A program made the translations under genes and the position numbers. A model generated the notes under the pieces. That model had not been told where the DNA came from. It saw nothing but the letters and a program-made list of their open reading frames with translations, and did no database searches. DNA of 40,804 bases from Escherichia phage mEp234, in the sequence record PV340539. One strand, written 5' to 3'. Below, piece by piece: positions 17,594-27,127 of the stretch (within the stretch, counting starts at the first letter, position 1; every line of letters starts with the position of its first letter).

Positions 17594-18322
17594 ATGTCCA
17601 ATATCATCCCGATTGATTTCGAAGGCCATCCCATGCGTTTTTCTGACGATGGCTGGTTTGACGCGACTGCGGCAGCTGACAAGTTCAACAAGGAGCCGGC
17701 TCAGTGGCTTAGGCTTCCTGAGACTGTCCGTTACATCGAGGCGTTAAAGAGTAGATATGGGAATATCACATATGTAAAAACCAGCCGCGCTCGCAAAGAC
17801 CGTGGCGGCGGAACATGGCTTCACCCAAAACTGGCGGTCAGATTTGCTCGATGGCTTTCTGTAGATTTTGAGATCTGGTGTGATGAGCAAATTGACGCAA
17901 TCATTCAGGGTTCCGTTCATCATATCGACGATGAAAGAATAAAGGCTATTTTCCTTCTGGATAAATCTCAGCCATGGGAAAAGAGGTTTAGCGATCCGTT
18001 TTATTCTGCGATGTTCAAAATGTCAGGGCTGCCCCGCCATCGACCAGGTCGTCGCCCAGCACTATTTGGGATGATCAGTGCCAAGTGGGTATATGGCCCG
18101 GTATTACCACCAGAAGTATATGCAGAGGTTAAAAGACGGCTGGCTGCGGGAGACAAAATCCATCAGCACCTTAAACCTGACGCGCTGACATTGGTTGAGC
18201 GACAGATCATTGCCGTTACCAGCATTGCCAATGGGTGCTCTGATTATCGTGATTTCGAAGCGCGTTGCATGTCGGCATTCCAGGTGAAAGGGCAGATGAA
18301 ATTGCTCTATGCGGCGGCCTGA
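17594..18322 (+). CDS. KilA-N domain protein with P63C-like C-terminal domain (antirepressor-like)
   Basis: 242 aa from 'MSNIIPIDFEGHPMRFSDDGWFDATAAADKFNKEPAQWLRL...'; track ORF begins earlier at 17519. Confidence 0.6.
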   Translation: MSNIIPIDFEGHPMRFSDDGWFDATAAADKFNKEPAQWLRLPETVRYIEALKSRYGNITYVKTSRARKDRGGGTWLHPKLAVRFARWLSVDFEIWCDEQIDAIIQGSVHHIDDERIKAIFLLDKSQPWEKRFSDPFYSAMFKMSGLPRHRPGRRPALFGMISAKWVYGPVLPPEVYAEVKRRLAAGDKIHQHLKPDALTLVERQIIAVTSIANGCSDYRDFEARCMSAFQVKGQMKLLYAAA

Positions 18323-18324
18323 TC

Positions 18325-18582
18325 ATGAGCACCCGAATAATAGAATGCGCCTCCAGAGCGGGGCGCGACTTCTCAGAGTTCATGAAAGGCGAGAAGGGCA
18401 TGATGGAAGCATTGGCCTCGGTGGATGAGTTTGGCGAGCAGCTGCGCCTCAACGGCTGTGTCAATCATCACTTTGTTAGCTACATGATGCGGAACTCGAT
18501 CATGCAGGCATTCATGGACATGGCAAAAGCCGAGAGGAAAGAAGAGCGCCGGCGTAAGCGAGCGGAAGCAAAAGCGAAGTAG
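18325..18582 (+). CDS. Hypothetical small protein (85 aa) with Lys/Arg-rich tail
   Basis: Start 3 nt after KilA-N stop; 'MSTRIIECASRAGRDFSEFMKGEKG...KAERKEERRRKRAEAKAK'. Confidence 0.5.
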   Translation: MSTRIIECASRAGRDFSEFMKGEKGMMEALASVDEFGEQLRLNGCVNHHFVSYMMRNSIMQAFMDMAKAERKEERRRKRAEAKAK

Positions 18583-18973
18583 CCATTACAAAGCCCAACT
18601 ACTGGTGGGCTTGATAATGAAACCGGAATTTATTCTGGGCAACCAGTTACGGCAGTACAGCGAAACAACCCAAGCCAGTAAGTGGGGAAATAACACTGGC
18701 AGCCACTGAAAGATGAACCTCCTGCCTTATGGCAAAAAAGATTCTTTGTGGTGGCGGACTGATGGAAAGACATCGGTTATTGCAGAGACCATTCAATGAG
18801 TGGTCTCGACAATAGCTTATACCCTACACGGGATAACTTAACTGATATCCCTTTTAACGGATAAACGGAGCCAACAATGGCAGAGATTATTCTCATGACT
18901 GAAGAACAGAAATTCCAGTTAGAGATTTACAAACTGGTCATGAACCAGAACGCCGCCGTGCATGGAGACTGGC

Positions 18974-19315
18974 ATGAACAAAGAGCCCCGCGTATATGGC
19001 AGCCGATGGGATAAGGCCCGTCTGCGTTTTCTCCAGCAGCACCCACTGTGTGTGATGTGCGAGCAGCAGGGGCGCATAACACCAGCAACGGTGGTCGACC
19101 ATATCGTGCCCCACAAACTGAAAGATGCGCTTAAGTCAGGTAACCCTCTGGCCATATCGAAAGCACAGCTCCTGTTCTGGAGTAAAGAGAACTGGCAGCC
19201 ACTGTGCAAAGCGCATCATGACTCAACGAAACAGAGAATGGAGAAGAGCGGCGCGGTAATCGGTTGTGATGCCAACGGCTACCCGCTCGATCCTGCGTCT
19301 CACTGGAGCACGTAA
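18974..19315 (+). CDS. HNH endonuclease (packaging-associated, upstream of terminase)
   Basis: '...RWDKARLRFLQQHPLCVMCEQQGRITPATVVDHIVPHK...WQPLCKAHHDSTK' HNH motif; alternative start 18962. Confidence 0.85.
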   Translation: MNKEPRVYGSRWDKARLRFLQQHPLCVMCEQQGRITPATVVDHIVPHKLKDALKSGNPLAISKAQLLFWSKENWQPLCKAHHDSTKQRMEKSGAVIGCDANGYPLDPASHWST

Positions 19316-19518
19316 TGAAAGACCTCATCATTGAATACCGAGACGGTAAGTTTGTTCAGCTGGCGATTGATGGCGTGGAGATGAAGCGCGTAACGTCTAT
19401 CCAGTTCTCCCACACCTTAGGCGAGGACGTACCGACATTGACCGTGTCAGGACATGTGTGGTCCGAGTATGGGAAAGGCGATCACAAACTCGAACAGGTA
19501 GACAAACATTCGGCATAG
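19315..19518 (+). CDS. Hypothetical small protein (67 aa)
   Basis: ORF coupled to HNH stop (TAATG). Confidence 0.45.
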   Translation: MKDLIIEYRDGKFVQLAIDGVEMKRVTSIQFSHTLGEDVPTLTVSGHVWSEYGKGDHKLEQVDKHSA

Positions 19519-19705
19519 CGCGGCGGCGGCAAGTAGATTATCTATCATGTGAAATCATTTCAAATGCAACGATATCAAATGAGAATGAATCGCATTCAGG
19601 GCAGGGGGGGGGGGATCAAATCTTCAAAACCTTTGCCCCAAATGACCGCCGCCAAAGTTTGAATTTAACGCTAACCCGATTTTTTTAGTTTTAAGGTGTT
19701 GACAT
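19519..19705. other. Candidate cos/packaging-recognition region between HNH and terS; contains G11 homopolymer (19604-19614) and GC-rich inverted repeats
   Basis: Position (HNH-cos-terS in HK97-like phages); 'gcgcggcggcggcaag' ... 'gaccgccgccaaag'; no ORFs. Confidence 0.3.
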
Positions 19706-20191
19706 ATGGCAGATAAACGAATCCGTTCCGACAGTTCGGCGGCAGCGGTTCAGGCCATGAAAAATGCAGCTGTGGACACCATCGATCCGCCGTCCCATGC
19801 AGGTTTGGAGAAAAAAGCCGAACCATTCTGGCATGACAATATCAGATCGAAAGCTCTGGACAGCTGGACGCCTGCCGACCTTCTAGCCGCCGTAGAACTT
19901 GCTAATAATCAGCTCTATATCACCGTTTTACGCAAGGATTTACGCAAAGAAGAGCGCATACGCGGGGAGGAGCGAGACGAAGGCCTTATAAAAGACCTCC
20001 GCAAGCAAATTGTTGAGCTACAACGAACTATCCTGGCTCAGCGCCGCGACCTCCAGATCCACTCCCACGCAACCAACGGCGAAAGTCGCGACCAGAAGAA
20101 ACGTAATCAGAACGATCGTGATGCACGGAATACCAAAAACGAGCATCAGGACCAGGACGATAACCTGATCGCCTTTCCCAAGCACGGATAA
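19706..20191 (+). CDS. Terminase small subunit
   Basis: 161 aa, directly upstream of terminase large subunit. Confidence 0.75.
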   Translation: MADKRIRSDSSAAAVQAMKNAAVDTIDPPSHAGLEKKAEPFWHDNIRSKALDSWTPADLLAAVELANNQLYITVLRKDLRKEERIRGEERDEGLIKDLRKQIVELQRTILAQRRDLQIHSHATNGESRDQKKRNQNDRDARNTKNEHQDQDDNLIAFPKHG

Positions 20192-20197
20192 AAGACT

Positions 20198-21712
20198 ATG
20201 ACGCGAGGTGAGCGTGTAATAGCGTTCATTGAGCGCTTTTGCATCGTGCCAGAAGGCAAGCTTATCGGCCAACCTATGCGGTTGGACCCCTTTCAGAAAG
20301 ATTTCATCCTGGCGGTTTACGACAATCCAGCCGGAACGGATATGGCGATCCTCTCCATCGCCCGAAAAAATGGTAAGACTGGCCTGATTGCCGGAATTCT
20401 GCTGGCTCACCTGGTGGGGCCTGAAGCGGTGCAGAACACGCAGATTGTCAGCGGTGCACTCAGCCGGGAACAGGCGGCCATCGTTTTTAACCTCGCGGTG
20501 AAGATGGTTAACCTGAACCCCAAGCTGCAGGAGATTGTGCACATTACGCCCAGCGGCAAAAAGCTGATCGGCCTGCCGTGTAACGTCGAATACAAGGCTT
20601 TATCCGCAGAAGGTAAGACGACGCACGGCCTTTCCCCCATTCTGGCCATTCTCGATGAAACAGGGCAGGTTAGGGGCCCGCAGGATGATTTTATCGATGC
20701 AATAACTACGGCGCAGGGGGCTCATGAAAACCCGCTGCTAATCGTTATCAGTACGCAGGCAGCAAACGATGCTGACCTGCTTAGCATCTGGATTGATGAT
20801 GCGGTCAAATCGAAAGATCCGCACATCGTGTGCCACGTTTATGAAGCGCCAAAAGACGCTGATATCAGTAAACGCGAGTCCTGGCTGGCTGCGAACCCGG
20901 CACTGGGAACATTCAGGTCAGAAAAAGACATGGCGCGCCAGGCTGAGAAAGCTGGCCGAATGCCAAGCTTCGAAAACACCTTCCGAAACCTCAACCTCAA
21001 TCAGCGCGTGTCTACCGTATCGCCGTTTATCTCCCGCAGCGTGTGGGAGCTTTGCGGAGAGATGCCGATTAACACCCCGAGGAAGTGGTACGCGGGGCTG
21101 GATCTGTCAGCCAGGAACGACTTAACGGCGCTGGTTATCGCTGGTGAAGCAGATGATGGTGTCTGGGATGTTTTCCCCTTCTTCTGGACACCGCAAAAGA
21201 CTCTTGAAGAGCGAACCAAAACGGACCGAGCACCCTATGACGTTTGGGTGAGGGAGGGGCTGCTGCGCACCACGCCAGGAGCTTCGGTGGATTACTCATT
21301 CGTCGTTGCGGATATCGCTGAAATTATCGGTGATTTCGACCTTACCTCGATGGCTTTTGACCGCTGGCGCATTGACCAGTTCAGGAAGGATGCCGATGCC
21401 ATTGGGCTGAGCCTCCCGCTGGTCGAGTTCGGCCAGGGCTTTAAGGATATGGGGCCAGCTGTAGACACGCTGGAGTCTCTGATGCTTAACGGGCGCGTGA
21501 GGCATGGCATGCACCCCGTATTAACGATGTGTGCTGTGAATGCGGTGGTGGTGAAAGATGCTGCTGGCAACCGCAAGCTCGATAAATCCAAAGCAACGGG
21601 CCGTATTGATGGCATGGTCGCAATGACAATGTCCGTTGGTGCTGCTAATGGGGAAGTTACCGAACAGGGTGGTGACTTCGACGACTTCATTTTCCGACCG
21701 CTGAGCATGTGA
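20198..21712 (+). CDS. Terminase large subunit (ATPase + nuclease)
   Basis: 504 aa, Walker A 'ARKNGKTG'. Confidence 0.9.
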   Translation: MTRGERVIAFIERFCIVPEGKLIGQPMRLDPFQKDFILAVYDNPAGTDMAILSIARKNGKTGLIAGILLAHLVGPEAVQNTQIVSGALSREQAAIVFNLAVKMVNLNPKLQEIVHITPSGKKLIGLPCNVEYKALSAEGKTTHGLSPILAILDETGQVRGPQDDFIDAITTAQGAHENPLLIVISTQAANDADLLSIWIDDAVKSKDPHIVCHVYEAPKDADISKRESWLAANPALGTFRSEKDMARQAEKAGRMPSFENTFRNLNLNQRVSTVSPFISRSVWELCGEMPINTPRKWYAGLDLSARNDLTALVIAGEADDGVWDVFPFFWTPQKTLEERTKTDRAPYDVWVREGLLRTTPGASVDYSFVVADIAEIIGDFDLTSMAFDRWRIDQFRKDADAIGLSLPLVEFGQGFKDMGPAVDTLESLMLNGRVRHGMHPVLTMCAVNAVVVKDAAGNRKLDKSKATGRIDGMVAMTMSVGAANGEVTEQGGDFDDFIFRPLSM

Positions 21713-22986
21713 TGGAAGAACCTAAATACACGATTGACCTGCGAACCAATAACGGCTGGTGGGCAAGGCTGCAGTCCTGGTTTGTCGGCGGGCGTTTAGT
21801 CACCCCAAATCAGGGCTCACAGACGGGGCCTGTTTCGGCCCACGGACACCTGGGCGATTCATCCATTAACGATGAACGGATACTGCAAATTTCGACTGTG
21901 TGGCGCTGCGTGAGCCTGATTTCAACGCTCACGGCATGCTTACCGCTTGATGTCTTCGAAACAGACCAGAATGACAACCGTAAAAAAGTGGATTTGAGCA
22001 ATCCACTGGCGCGACTGCTGCGCTACTCACCGAATCAGTACATGACCGCCCAAGAATTCAGGGAGGCCATGACGATGCAGCTCTGTTTCTACGGTAACGC
22101 ATATGCACTTGTGGACCGCAACAGCGCAGGTGACGTGATCAGCCTTCTCCCGCTTCAGTCTGCCAATATGGATGTGAAGCTCGTCGGAAAAAAAGTGGTT
22201 TATCGCTATCAACGCGACAGCGAATACGCCGACTTTTCGCAGAAAGAGATTTTTCACCTTAAAGGCTTCGGATTCACCGGGCTTGTAGGCCTGTCACCCA
22301 TTGCTTTTGCCTGTAAATCGGCAGGTGTGGCAGTTGCGATGGAGGACCAGCAGCGAGATTTCTTTGCCAACGGCGCCAAGTCTCCGCAAATCCTCTCAAC
22401 TGGCGAAAAAGTGCTAACTGAACAGCAGCGCTCCCAGGTCGAAGAGAACTTCAAAGAGATCGCCGGCGGCCCGGTAAAAAAACGCCTCTGGATTCTGGAA
22501 GCGGGTTTTTCTACATCGGCAATTGGCGTAACTCCGCAGGATGCCGAAATGATGGCGTCCCGAAAATTTCAGGTAAGTGAACTGGCGCGATTCTTTGGCG
22601 TACCGCCTCACCTTGTCGGCGACGTCGAGAAATCAACGAGCTGGGGATCGGGCATCGAGCAGCAGAATCTCGGCTTCCTGCAGTACACCCTGCAGCCCTA
22701 TATCTCCAGGTGGGAAAACAGCATTCAGCGGTGGCTTATTCCTGCTAAGGATGTTGGCCGCATTCATGCTGAGCACAACCTCGACGGCCTGCTGAGGGGC
22801 GATTCGGCATCCCGCGCTGCCTTTATGAAGGCAATGGGAGAGGCAGGGCTACGCACCATCAACGAGATGCGACGAACGGACAACCTCCCGCCATTGCCGG
22901 GTGGCGATGTGGCAATGCGCCAGTCGCAATACGTGCCGATCACCGATTTAGGAACCAACAAAGAGCCCCGTAATAACGGGGCTTAA
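21712..22986 (+). CDS. Portal protein (HK97-type head module)
   Basis: ~424 aa, follows terL with TGATG overlap (track GTG start 21709). Confidence 0.8.
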   Translation: MEEPKYTIDLRTNNGWWARLQSWFVGGRLVTPNQGSQTGPVSAHGHLGDSSINDERILQISTVWRCVSLISTLTACLPLDVFETDQNDNRKKVDLSNPLARLLRYSPNQYMTAQEFREAMTMQLCFYGNAYALVDRNSAGDVISLLPLQSANMDVKLVGKKVVYRYQRDSEYADFSQKEIFHLKGFGFTGLVGLSPIAFACKSAGVAVAMEDQQRDFFANGAKSPQILSTGEKVLTEQQRSQVEENFKEIAGGPVKKRLWILEAGFSTSAIGVTPQDAEMMASRKFQVSELARFFGVPPHLVGDVEKSTSWGSGIEQQNLGFLQYTLQPYISRWENSIQRWLIPAKDVGRIHAEHNLDGLLRGDSASRAAFMKAMGEAGLRTINEMRRTDNLPPLPGGDVAMRQSQYVPITDLGTNKEPRNNGA

Positions 22987-23003
22987 TTTTTATGGGGGCC
23001 GTA

Positions 23004-23681
23004 ATGCCTGAAATCGTAAAAACGCTGTCCTTCGACGAGACAGAAATCAAATTCACCGGTGACGGTAAACAGGGGATTTTTGAAGGCTACGCCTCTGTTT
23101 TTAATAACACCGATTCCGATGGCGACATCATTCTGCCCGGGGCGTTTAAAAACGCGCTGGCGAACCAGACCCGAAAAGTGGCGATGTTTTTTAACCACAG
23201 GACGTGGGAACTGCCGGTTGGCAAATGGGACAGCCTGGCTGAGGACGAAAAAGGCCTGTATGTGCGCGGTCAACTTACCCCAGGACACAGCGGCGCCGCT
23301 GACCTAAAAGCGGCAATGCAGCACGGTACGGTTGAAGGTATGTCGGTTGGCTTTTCCGTTGCGAAAGACGATTACACCATCATTCCAACAGGCCGCATTT
23401 TTAAGAATATCCAGGCTCTGCGCGAAATCAGCGTCTGCACTTTCCCCGCCAACGAACAGGCTGGCATCGCAGCCATGAAAAGTGTCGATGGCATTGAAAC
23501 GATTCGTGATGTGGAGAACTGGCTGAGGGATTCAGTCGGCCTCACCAAATCACAGGCAGTTGGGCTAATTGCCCGGTTTAAGTCAGCGATTCGGAGCGAG
23601 TCCGAGGGCGACGGAAACGAAGCACAAATAAACGCTCTGCTTCAGAGCATCAAATCTTTCCCTTCTAACTTAGGTAAATAA
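23004..23681 (+). CDS. Prohead maturation protease (HK97 family)
   Basis: ~225 aa between portal and major capsid; track start 22992. Confidence 0.8.
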   Translation: MPEIVKTLSFDETEIKFTGDGKQGIFEGYASVFNNTDSDGDIILPGAFKNALANQTRKVAMFFNHRTWELPVGKWDSLAEDEKGLYVRGQLTPGHSGAADLKAAMQHGTVEGMSVGFSVAKDDYTIIPTGRIFKNIQALREISVCTFPANEQAGIAAMKSVDGIETIRDVENWLRDSVGLTKSQAVGLIARFKSAIRSESEGDGNEAQINALLQSIKSFPSNLGK

Positions 23682-23683
23682 TT

Positions 23684-24838
23684 ATGTCTGAACTCGCTCT
23701 CATTCAAAAAGCTATCGAAGAATCCCAGCAGAAAATGACCCAGCTTTTCGATGCGCAGAAAGCAGAAATCGAAAGCACAGGCCAGGTTTCCAAACAGTTG
23801 CAGTCCGACCTGATGAAAGTACAGGAAGAGCTGACCAAATCCGGCGCTCGCCTCTTCGATCTGGAACAGAAACTGGCATCCGGCGCTGAGAATCCTGGTG
23901 AGAAGAAATCCTTCTCTGAACGGGCTGCTGAAGAGCTTATTAAGTCATGGGACGGTAAACAGGGCACCTTTGGCGCTAAAACGTTTAACAAGTCACTAGG
24001 CAGTGACGCTGATTCGGCTGGCTCACTGATCCAGCCTATGCAGATCCCAGGCATCATCATGCCAGGCCTGCGCCGTCTTACCATTCGTGATCTGCTGGCT
24101 CAGGGCCGCACTTCCAGTAACGCTCTGGAATATGTGCGTGAAGAGGTGTTTACCAATAACGCCGACGTGGTGGCAGAGAAAGCACTGAAGCCAGAATCGG
24201 ATATCACCTTCAGCAAACAAACCGCGAACGTGAAGACCATCGCGCACTGGGTGCAGGCATCACGTCAGGTGATGGATGATGCGCCAATGCTTCAGTCCTA
24301 CATTAACAACCGCCTCATGTACGGCCTGGCACTGAAGGAAGAGGGCCAGCTGCTGAACGGCGACGGTACCGGGGATAACCTGGAAGGGCTGAACAAAGTG
24401 GCAACCGCCTATGACACCTCGCTGAATGCCACCGGCGACACCCGCGCTGACATTATCGCTCACGCTATTTATCAGGTGACCGAGTCTGAGTTCAGCGCTT
24501 CCGGTATCGTCCTGAACCCGCGCGACTGGCACAACATCGCGTTGCTGAAAGACAATGAAGGCCGCTATATCTTCGGTGGTCCTCAGGCATTCACCAGTAA
24601 CATCATGTGGGGCTTGCCAGTGGTTCCGACTAAGGCGCAGGCCGCCGGCACCTTTACCGTAGGCGGTTTCGATATGGCCTCACAGGTCTGGGATCGCATG
24701 GATGCCACCGTGGAAGTTAGCCGTGAAGACCGCGATAACTTCGTGAAAAACATGCTGACCATCCTGTGCGAAGAGCGTCTGGCGCTGGCGCATTATCGCC
24801 CGACAGCAATCATCAAGGGCACCTTCTCTGCTGACTAA
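23684..24838 (+). CDS. Major capsid protein (HK97 fold) with N-terminal delta/scaffold-like domain
   Basis: 384 aa, coiled-coil N-terminal ~100 aa then capsid domain. Confidence 0.85.
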   Translation: MSELALIQKAIEESQQKMTQLFDAQKAEIESTGQVSKQLQSDLMKVQEELTKSGARLFDLEQKLASGAENPGEKKSFSERAAEELIKSWDGKQGTFGAKTFNKSLGSDADSAGSLIQPMQIPGIIMPGLRRLTIRDLLAQGRTSSNALEYVREEVFTNNADVVAEKALKPESDITFSKQTANVKTIAHWVQASRQVMDDAPMLQSYINNRLMYGLALKEEGQLLNGDGTGDNLEGLNKVATAYDTSLNATGDTRADIIAHAIYQVTESEFSASGIVLNPRDWHNIALLKDNEGRYIFGGPQAFTSNIMWGLPVVPTKAQAAGTFTVGGFDMASQVWDRMDATVEVSREDRDNFVKNMLTILCEERLALAHYRPTAIIKGTFSAD

Positions 24839-24847
24839 TGATGGAGG

Positions 24848-24869
24848 GGGCGGGGAAACCCGCCCTTTT
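24848..24869 (+). terminator. Intrinsic terminator after major capsid gene
   Basis: Hairpin 'gggcggg-gaaa-cccgccc' + TTTT. Confidence 0.6.
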
Positions 24870-24874
24870 AACGT

Positions 24875-25201
24875 ATGGCGATAGATGTTCTGGATGTAAT
24901 TCCCCTCAGTCTGTTTAAGCAGCAGATTGAGTTTGAGGAAGACGACAGGGACGAGCTGATCACGCTGTACGCCCAGGCCGCTTTTGACTACTGCATGCGC
25001 TGGTGCGATGAACCAGCATGGAAGGTTGCGGCTGATATTCCTGCCGCCGTTAAGGGCGCCGTTCTGCTTGTCTTTGCTGACATGTTTGAACACCGGACGG
25101 CACAAAGTGAAGTGCAGCTTTATGAGAATGCAGCCGCCGAACGCATGATGTTCATTCATCGCAACTGGCGCGGTAAAGCCGAATCAGAGGAGGGCTCCTG
25201 A
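24875..25201 (+). CDS. Head-tail connector (gp6-like)
   Basis: 108 aa, position and size. Confidence 0.65.
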   Translation: MAIDVLDVIPLSLFKQQIEFEEDDRDELITLYAQAAFDYCMRWCDEPAWKVAADIPAAVKGAVLLVFADMFEHRTAQSEVQLYENAAAERMMFIHRNWRGKAESEEGS

Positions 25202-25539
25202 TGGAACCGGGACGATTCAGGCACCGGGTAAAAATTCTCACCTTCACAACCTCGCGTGATCCATCTGGCCAGCCGGTTGAATCGTGGAGGGGTGGCAGGC
25301 CGATTTCTGCCGAGGTGAAGGGGATCAGCGGCAGAGAGCAGATGTCAGGCGGCGTGGAGACGGCGCAGGCAACTATTCGCGTCTGGATGCGCTTCAGGGC
25401 TGACCTGAACGCCTCTTCTCGTCTGGAAGTGCTAAGCGGGCCGTATAAAGGCCAGGTGCTAAATATCATCGGTCCTCCGGTAGCAAATTCGACCGGCACT
25501 CGCCTGGAAATTCTTTGCAAAACGGGAGCTGAAAAATGA
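25201..25539 (+). CDS. Head closure/head-tail adaptor protein
   Basis: 112 aa, position and size. Confidence 0.65.
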   Translation: MEPGRFRHRVKILTFTTSRDPSGQPVESWRGGRPISAEVKGISGREQMSGGVETAQATIRVWMRFRADLNASSRLEVLSGPYKGQVLNIIGPPVANSTGTRLEILCKTGAEK

Positions 25540-25985
25540 TAGAAACGAGCCTCGATTTTTCCGGCCTGAATGACATAGCAAAGGATCTGGAGGCGCTTAG
25601 CCGCGCTGAAAACAATAAGGTTCTTCGTGATGCCACGCGCGCCGGCGCGGAAGTGCTTAAGGAAGAAGTGATCGCACGTGCACCGGTACGCACCGGAAAA
25701 CTGAAAAAAAACGTGGTGGTGGTTACCCAAAAAAGCCGCCGCCGCGGGGAGATTTCTTCCGGCGTCCATATTCGTGGCGTTAACCCGCGCACCGGCAACA
25801 GCGATAACACGATGAAGGCGAATAACCCGAGAAACGCCTTTTACTGGCGATTCGTTGAGCTGGGCACCGCGAACATGCCTGCACATCCGTTTGTGCGACC
25901 CGCTTACGATACGCGCGAGGAAGAGGCCGCCAGCGTCGCCATTGCCAGGATGAATCATGCTATTGATGAGGTATTGAGCAAGTGA
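25536..25985 (+). CDS. HK97 gp10-like neck/tail-completion protein
   Basis: 149 aa, position and size. Confidence 0.6.
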   Translation: MIETSLDFSGLNDIAKDLEALSRAENNKVLRDATRAGAEVLKEEVIARAPVRTGKLKKNVVVVTQKSRRRGEISSGVHIRGVNPRTGNSDNTMKANNPRNAFYWRFVELGTANMPAHPFVRPAYDTREEEAASVAIARMNHAIDEVLSK

Positions 25986-26329
25986 ATGAAGATAATATCT
26001 ACGCCTTGCTTTCTCCCCTGGCAGAGGGGCGGGTATACCCCTATGTTGCGCCATTAGGTAGTGACGGGAAACCGTCTGTCTCTCCACCCTGGATTATCTT
26101 TTCCATCGTCGATGATGTTTCCGCTGACGTACTGTGTGGCCAGGCAGAGAGCAGGGTTTCCGTTCAGGTCGATGTGTATGCCACAACGATCACTGAATCA
26201 CGATCCCTGAGAGATTTGGCGCTCGCTTCGCTTAAGCAGTTAAACCCTACAGAGGTGGTAAAAATCCCCGGGTACGAGCCAGATTATCGGCTCTACCGTG
26301 CCACCCTGGATTTTAAAGTTACCCCCTGA
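25982..26329 (+). CDS. Tail terminator protein (gpU-like)
   Basis: 115 aa immediately upstream of major tail gene. Confidence 0.6.
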   Translation: MNEDNIYALLSPLAEGRVYPYVAPLGSDGKPSVSPPWIIFSIVDDVSADVLCGQAESRVSVQVDVYATTITESRSLRDLALASLKQLNPTEVVKIPGYEPDYRLYRATLDFKVTP

Positions 26330-26348
26330 CGATTAATTCACCCAACGA

Positions 26349-26375
26349 ACCCGCCTGATGGCGGGTTTTCTTTTT
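26349..26375 (+). terminator. Intrinsic terminator between head-completion and tail genes
   Basis: Hairpin 'acccgcc-tgat-ggcgggt' + TTTCTTTTT. Confidence 0.6.
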
Positions 26376-26388
26376 CCAGGAGACAGCT

Positions 26389-27093
26389 ATGTCTGCACTT
26401 TATGAAAAATCGCAGCTGACGAAGATCCTTATTTCCTCCCTGCCAGCCACCAAAGAAACGATGGATTCCGCCACCTTTCTCGATCTGAGTTGCACCATCA
26501 AAGAAATTCAGTTCACTGGTGGCCAGAAGCAGGATATCGACGTAACAACACTTTGCTCTACCGAGCAGGAGAACATCAACGGCCTGCCTTCTCCGTCAGA
26601 AATCTCTCTGTCCGGCAACTTCTACAATAATCCAGCGCAGGACGCCTTGCGTGATGCGTATGACAACGACACCACTTACGGCTTCCAGATCATCTTCCCG
26701 TCAGGTAATGGTTTTAAGTTCCTGGCCGAAGTTCGCCAGCATACCTGGTCATCTGGTACCAATGGTGTTGTGGCAGCTACATTCTCACTGCGCCTTAAAG
26801 GCAAGCCTGTCCCGATTGACTCTGTACTTAAACTGACCACTGATCTTCCTTCCTCACTGTCTGTAGCGGTGGGGGCTGCGATCAGCATGGCTGTAGTAGC
26901 TGCCGGTGGTAAGCCTCCGTATGCCTACACCTGGAAGAAGGCAGGTAGCACCGTCAGCGGGCAGACATCCGATACCTTTAATAAAGCCACCGCAGTTTCA
27001 GGTGATGCAGGTGATTACACCTGTGTGGTTACGGATTCTTCTTCTCCGGTCAAAACGGTTACCTCAGCTGCCTGCACCCTTACTATCAGTTAA
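26389..27093 (+). CDS. Major tail (tube) protein with C-terminal Ig-like domain
   Basis: 234 aa; C-terminal '...GGKPPYAYTWKKAGSTVSGQTSDTFNKATAVSGDAGDYTCVVTDSSSP' Ig-like. Confidence 0.8.
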   Translation: MSALYEKSQLTKILISSLPATKETMDSATFLDLSCTIKEIQFTGGQKQDIDVTTLCSTEQENINGLPSPSEISLSGNFYNNPAQDALRDAYDNDTTYGFQIIFPSGNGFKFLAEVRQHTWSSGTNGVVAATFSLRLKGKPVPIDSVLKLTTDLPSSLSVAVGAAISMAVVAAGGKPPYAYTWKKAGSTVSGQTSDTFNKATAVSGDAGDYTCVVTDSSSPVKTVTSAACTLTIS

Positions 27094-27127
27094 TGGAGAT
27101 GCCGGGTTGTCCCGGCATGGATAAGCG

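Noticed and set aside
20018-20542. 174-aa minus-strand ORF overlapping terS/terL
   Set aside because: Antisense to terminase genes; no independent support.
25152-26087. 311-aa minus-strand ORF spanning several head/neck genes
   Set aside because: Antisense to a tightly packed, well-supported structural operon; GC-rich open frame is expected by chance.
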